A DNA stretch of 63,080 nucleotides, counting the filler, from NCBI RefSeq assembly GCF_002087085.1. It is 7 parts of 7 records of this genome, joined end to end, with 100 filler letters (N's around TTAATTAATTAA, not from the genome) between each part and the next. Parts side by side here need not be neighbours in the genome. Positions count along the whole stretch, not along the records: positions 60,689 to 63,080 come from NZ_MWQY01000049.1; 6 more parts are not named here. One strand, written 5' to 3'. The stretch's first letter is position 1, and each line of letters opens with the position of its first letter. Position numbers and translations under genes: made by a program. The notes under the pieces were generated by a model. The model saw only the letters and a list, made by a program, of their open reading frames with translations. It was not told the origin of the DNA and did no database searches. Of this stretch, positions 60,589 through 63,080 are shown in pieces.

Positions 60589-60688
60589 NNNNNNNNNNNN
60601 NNNNNNNNNNNNNNNNNNNNNNNNNNNNNNNNTTAATTAATTAANNNNNNNNNNNNNNNNNNNNNNNNNNNNNNNNNNNNNNNNNNNN
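60589..60688. other. Artificial contig linker
   Basis: N run with TTAATTAATTAA. Confidence 0.98.
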
Positions 60689-60723
60689 GTAACCGTCAAT
60701 TAAACCCCACCCCTGACAAGAAA

Positions 60724-62268
60724 TCAGAGGGAAATATTCCAAGGGAGCAGTGTTTCCCAGTTATCAGAGACCTTCACCTGTGGAGCCTCTTCAAAAACCC
60801 TTCGCAGATAATCATTCGGGTTCACGCCATTGGCATTGGCCGTTTCAATGAGCGAGTACATGCCGCAGGAACTTTCCGCACCTTTGGGACTGCCTAAAAA
60901 TAGCCAGTTCTTACGGCCAAGCACAAACGGTCGAATCGCCCGCTCAGCCGCATTATTATCCGGGGTGAGCCAGGGGGAACCCAGATACCGTACCAGGTTC
61001 TCCCATTCATTCAACGTGTAGTGAATTGCCTTGCCCAACAGTACCGAAGGAGGTACCTGCTGACCTCTATTCAAAAGCCAGGTCTTAAATGAGTGTAATA
61101 CCGGTTCAACCTGGACCTTGCGGTTTTCCAGGAACTCCGCCTCGGAAAGTTTTTTATCTTCACGCAAACGGCTTTCGATAGTGTACAGCTGCTTGATGAA
61201 CTTCATCCCTTCCTGGGCACTTCCGGACTTTTTTGAGACTTTTCCCGCTTCATGGAACTTTCTCCGCGCATGGGCCCAGCAGCCAACAAGAGTTACCGTA
61301 TCGTTGCCTCTCAGCGCTGTTGTATACGCCTCATACCCGTCGACTTGGAGATATCCCGTGAAGCCTTTAAGAAGATCTTTAATATGTTCTGAACCACGGG
61401 TTTCCCGGTATGAATACAGGAACGCCGGTTTTTCAGGCGGTCCTCCGCGAGTCAGCCACATATAGGATTTTTGTGTATCCTTCCGCTCAGGTTCCCCCAG
61501 GACCTGGACCGGCGTTTCGTCCATATTGATGACCGGTCCTGAACGAATGTGCTCATGGATCAATCCTATTAGCGGCCGGATCTTCTCATAAGCCGCCTGT
61601 TGCCAGTTGCTCATGTTCTGACGGCTTATGTGGATGCCGATGCGTTCGAACCGTTTTTCCTGCCGGTAGTACGGTAGATGATCGATAAACTTATTGGTGA
61701 TAATAAACGACAGGAGACTGGGAGTCGCAATACTCTTCGGAATGATCGATGCCGGAACATCGGCAATGCGCACAGCCGGATTCTCTTCGTCTCCTGATCC
61801 TTCGCACGATTTACAGGCATATTTCGGACGAACAATCCGCTCAACCCACATCTTCGGGGGTATGACCTGAAGCTTTTCTGAGGTCTCCTCACCAATCCTG
61901 GTCATCATGTGCCCGCAACCGCACTGCTTTTCGTCTTCAGGTATGTCGATGATCACGTTTTCCCGGGGAATACTCTCATCGATTGGCTTGCGGCCCTGCG
62001 GCGACTTGCGTGAATGTGACCTGACAGTTGTTGCCTGCTCCACAGCCTGTTCAGCAGATGCACATGGTTCACTGTCAAAGAGAACCTGCTGTGCCGTGTC
62101 GTCCGATTCCTTCTCACTTTTTCGTCCGAACTTTTGCAGTAACAAGAGCTTATACTGCTCTTCAAGGGAAGCATAACGAGTTTCCCATGAACGAACGGAT
62201 TGCTCCGCTTTCTCTTCGACTGAGCGAATATATTCCTGGACTTCCGCAGGAAGTTCTGCAACATCCAT
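60724..62268 (-). CDS. tnpC: IS66 transposase TnpC
   Basis: FGRKSE, zinc finger, HLPYYRQ, MDETP, CWAHARRKF and DNNAAERAIRP. Confidence 0.96.
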   Translation of the reverse strand: MDVAELPAEVQEYIRSVEEKAEQSVRSWETRYASLEEQYKLLLLQKFGRKSEKESDDTAQQVLFDSEPCASAEQAVEQATTVRSHSRKSPQGRKPIDESIPRENVIIDIPEDEKQCGCGHMMTRIGEETSEKLQVIPPKMWVERIVRPKYACKSCEGSGDEENPAVRIADVPASIIPKSIATPSLLSFIITNKFIDHLPYYRQEKRFERIGIHISRQNMSNWQQAAYEKIRPLIGLIHEHIRSGPVINMDETPVQVLGEPERKDTQKSYMWLTRGGPPEKPAFLYSYRETRGSEHIKDLLKGFTGYLQVDGYEAYTTALRGNDTVTLVGCWAHARRKFHEAGKVSKKSGSAQEGMKFIKQLYTIESRLREDKKLSEAEFLENRKVQVEPVLHSFKTWLLNRGQQVPPSVLLGKAIHYTLNEWENLVRYLGSPWLTPDNNAAERAIRPFVLGRKNWLFLGSPKGAESSCGMYSLIETANANGVNPNDYLRRVFEEAPQVKVSDNWETLLPWNISL

Positions 62269-62330
62269 ACTGATAGAAATTCTAGCACACCTTGATGTAT
62301 GTGTAAATTCCCTAAGGCGTATTAAATGCT

Positions 62331-62678
62331 TTAAGAAACCCTTGAATATTCCAAAGCAGTATGTTCATGCCAGAAATCAATACCTTTCAACAGCATGGTA
62401 AGCTGCTCTGGGTTGATGATGCGAGCATCTTCTTCAGTTAATGGCCAGGGGAATTTGTGCTTTTCCAGTTTCTTCTGCCAAAGGCAGAACCCATTCCGGT
62501 CCCAGTACAAGGCTTTCATAATGCGTCGTTCACGGTTGCAGAACAAATACAGATTCCCGCTTAACGGGTTACCATTCATCTGGTCCTGCACCATTACAGC
62601 CAGGCCGTTGATGGCTTTGCGCATATCGGTGATTCCAGGCCGGATAAATATTTGAACTGATGAAAAATCAGGAGTCAT
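62331..62678 (-). CDS. tnpB: IS66 accessory protein TnpB
   Basis: TDMRKAINGL and LYWDRNGFCLWQKKLE. Confidence 0.96.
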   Translation of the reverse strand: MTPDFSSVQIFIRPGITDMRKAINGLAVMVQDQMNGNPLSGNLYLFCNRERRIMKALYWDRNGFCLWQKKLEKHKFPWPLTEEDARIINPEQLTMLLKGIDFWHEHTALEYSRVS

Positions 62679-63006
62679 GCCGGGGCTCCATTGCAGATAA
62701 TACCCTGGCTATTTGTTCCTGCGTGGCGGTTAGCGGAAGGGTAATAACAATATCGTGCAACTTTATGGTTATGGCTTCTTTTTCGGATAAACGATGAAAA
62801 GTGCTTTTTACTGGTATGAACCGGGCTGCAGCTTCTGTTTTAGAAACTATCCCGGTTTGTACGGCACGTTTTTTTTCGGCTTTTTTCCAGCTGTAAAAGG
62901 TCGTTGGTGGTATTTCATGCTGCCGGCAATACTCCTGCCCGCTTAATCCGCTTTCTTCCCATTTTCTAAGATGTTCATGCTGCTGTCTCCGGTTATATTT
63001 GACCAT
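62668..63006 (-). CDS. tnpA: IS66 accessory protein TnpA
   Basis: WEESGLS..EYCRQHEI..TFYSW helix-turn-helix. Confidence 0.92.
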   Translation of the reverse strand: MVKYNRRQQHEHLRKWEESGLSGQEYCRQHEIPPTTFYSWKKAEKKRAVQTGIVSKTEAAARFIPVKSTFHRLSEKEAITIKLHDIVITLPLTATQEQIARVLSAMEPRHDS

Positions 63007-63080
63007 TCAATTCCTCCGTAAAGGGAGGATTGTAGGGTATACAGCTATCCGGTATAAGGTGGGGTTTAATTGACGGTTAC

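Larger units (their letters stand above)
60689..63080 (-). mobile_element. Complete IS66 family element (2392 bp)
   Basis: Perfect 23-bp terminal inverted repeats GTAACCGTCAATTAAACCCCACC enclosing tnpA-tnpB-tnpC. Confidence 0.97.

Noticed and set aside
17442..60688. TTAATTAATTAA motif repeated six times, and gene neighbourhoods across the gaps
   Set aside because: These are artificial linkers; contigs are ordered by length, so cross-gap adjacency is meaningless.

Overview
Draft-assembly window, probably from a free-living spirochaete (Spirochaetaceae-like; inferred from gene content and lipoprotein leaders). It consists of seven contigs joined by artificial 100-nt N/TTAATTAATTAA linkers and sorted by decreasing length, so adjacency across gaps is not biological. 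Contig 1 (1-17441): valS, transport and enzyme genes, two copies of a Bdr-like repeat-protein gene flanking a sugar kinase/dehydrogenase pair, a ~77-bp hairpin array and the orphan 3' half of tRNA-Gly(TCC), an att scar. Contig 2 (17542-30012): an integron cassette array with attI-like and attC sites but no integrase, a VapBC-type toxin-antitoxin pair and stand-alone accessory genes. Contig 3 (30113-42275): orphan Rhs toxin-tip/immunity modules, then an operon of a TPR membrane protein, a predicted outer-membrane barrel, two lipoproteins and a giant signal-peptide-ZU5-SpvB-FG-GAP toxin. This is the best candidate for an under-described system. Contig 4: tRNA-Gly(CCC) and tRNA-Val(CAC), each with a duplicated 3' end and hairpin inserts, a doubly frameshifted kinase/c-di-GMP regulator pair and a GH3. 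Contig 5: epmA, efp and an RsmC-like methyltransferase, with a hybrid kinase between epmA and efp. Contig 6: a polysaccharide export locus hit by nested IS elements. Contig 7: a complete IS66. All family calls come from motif recognition by eye; no searches were run.
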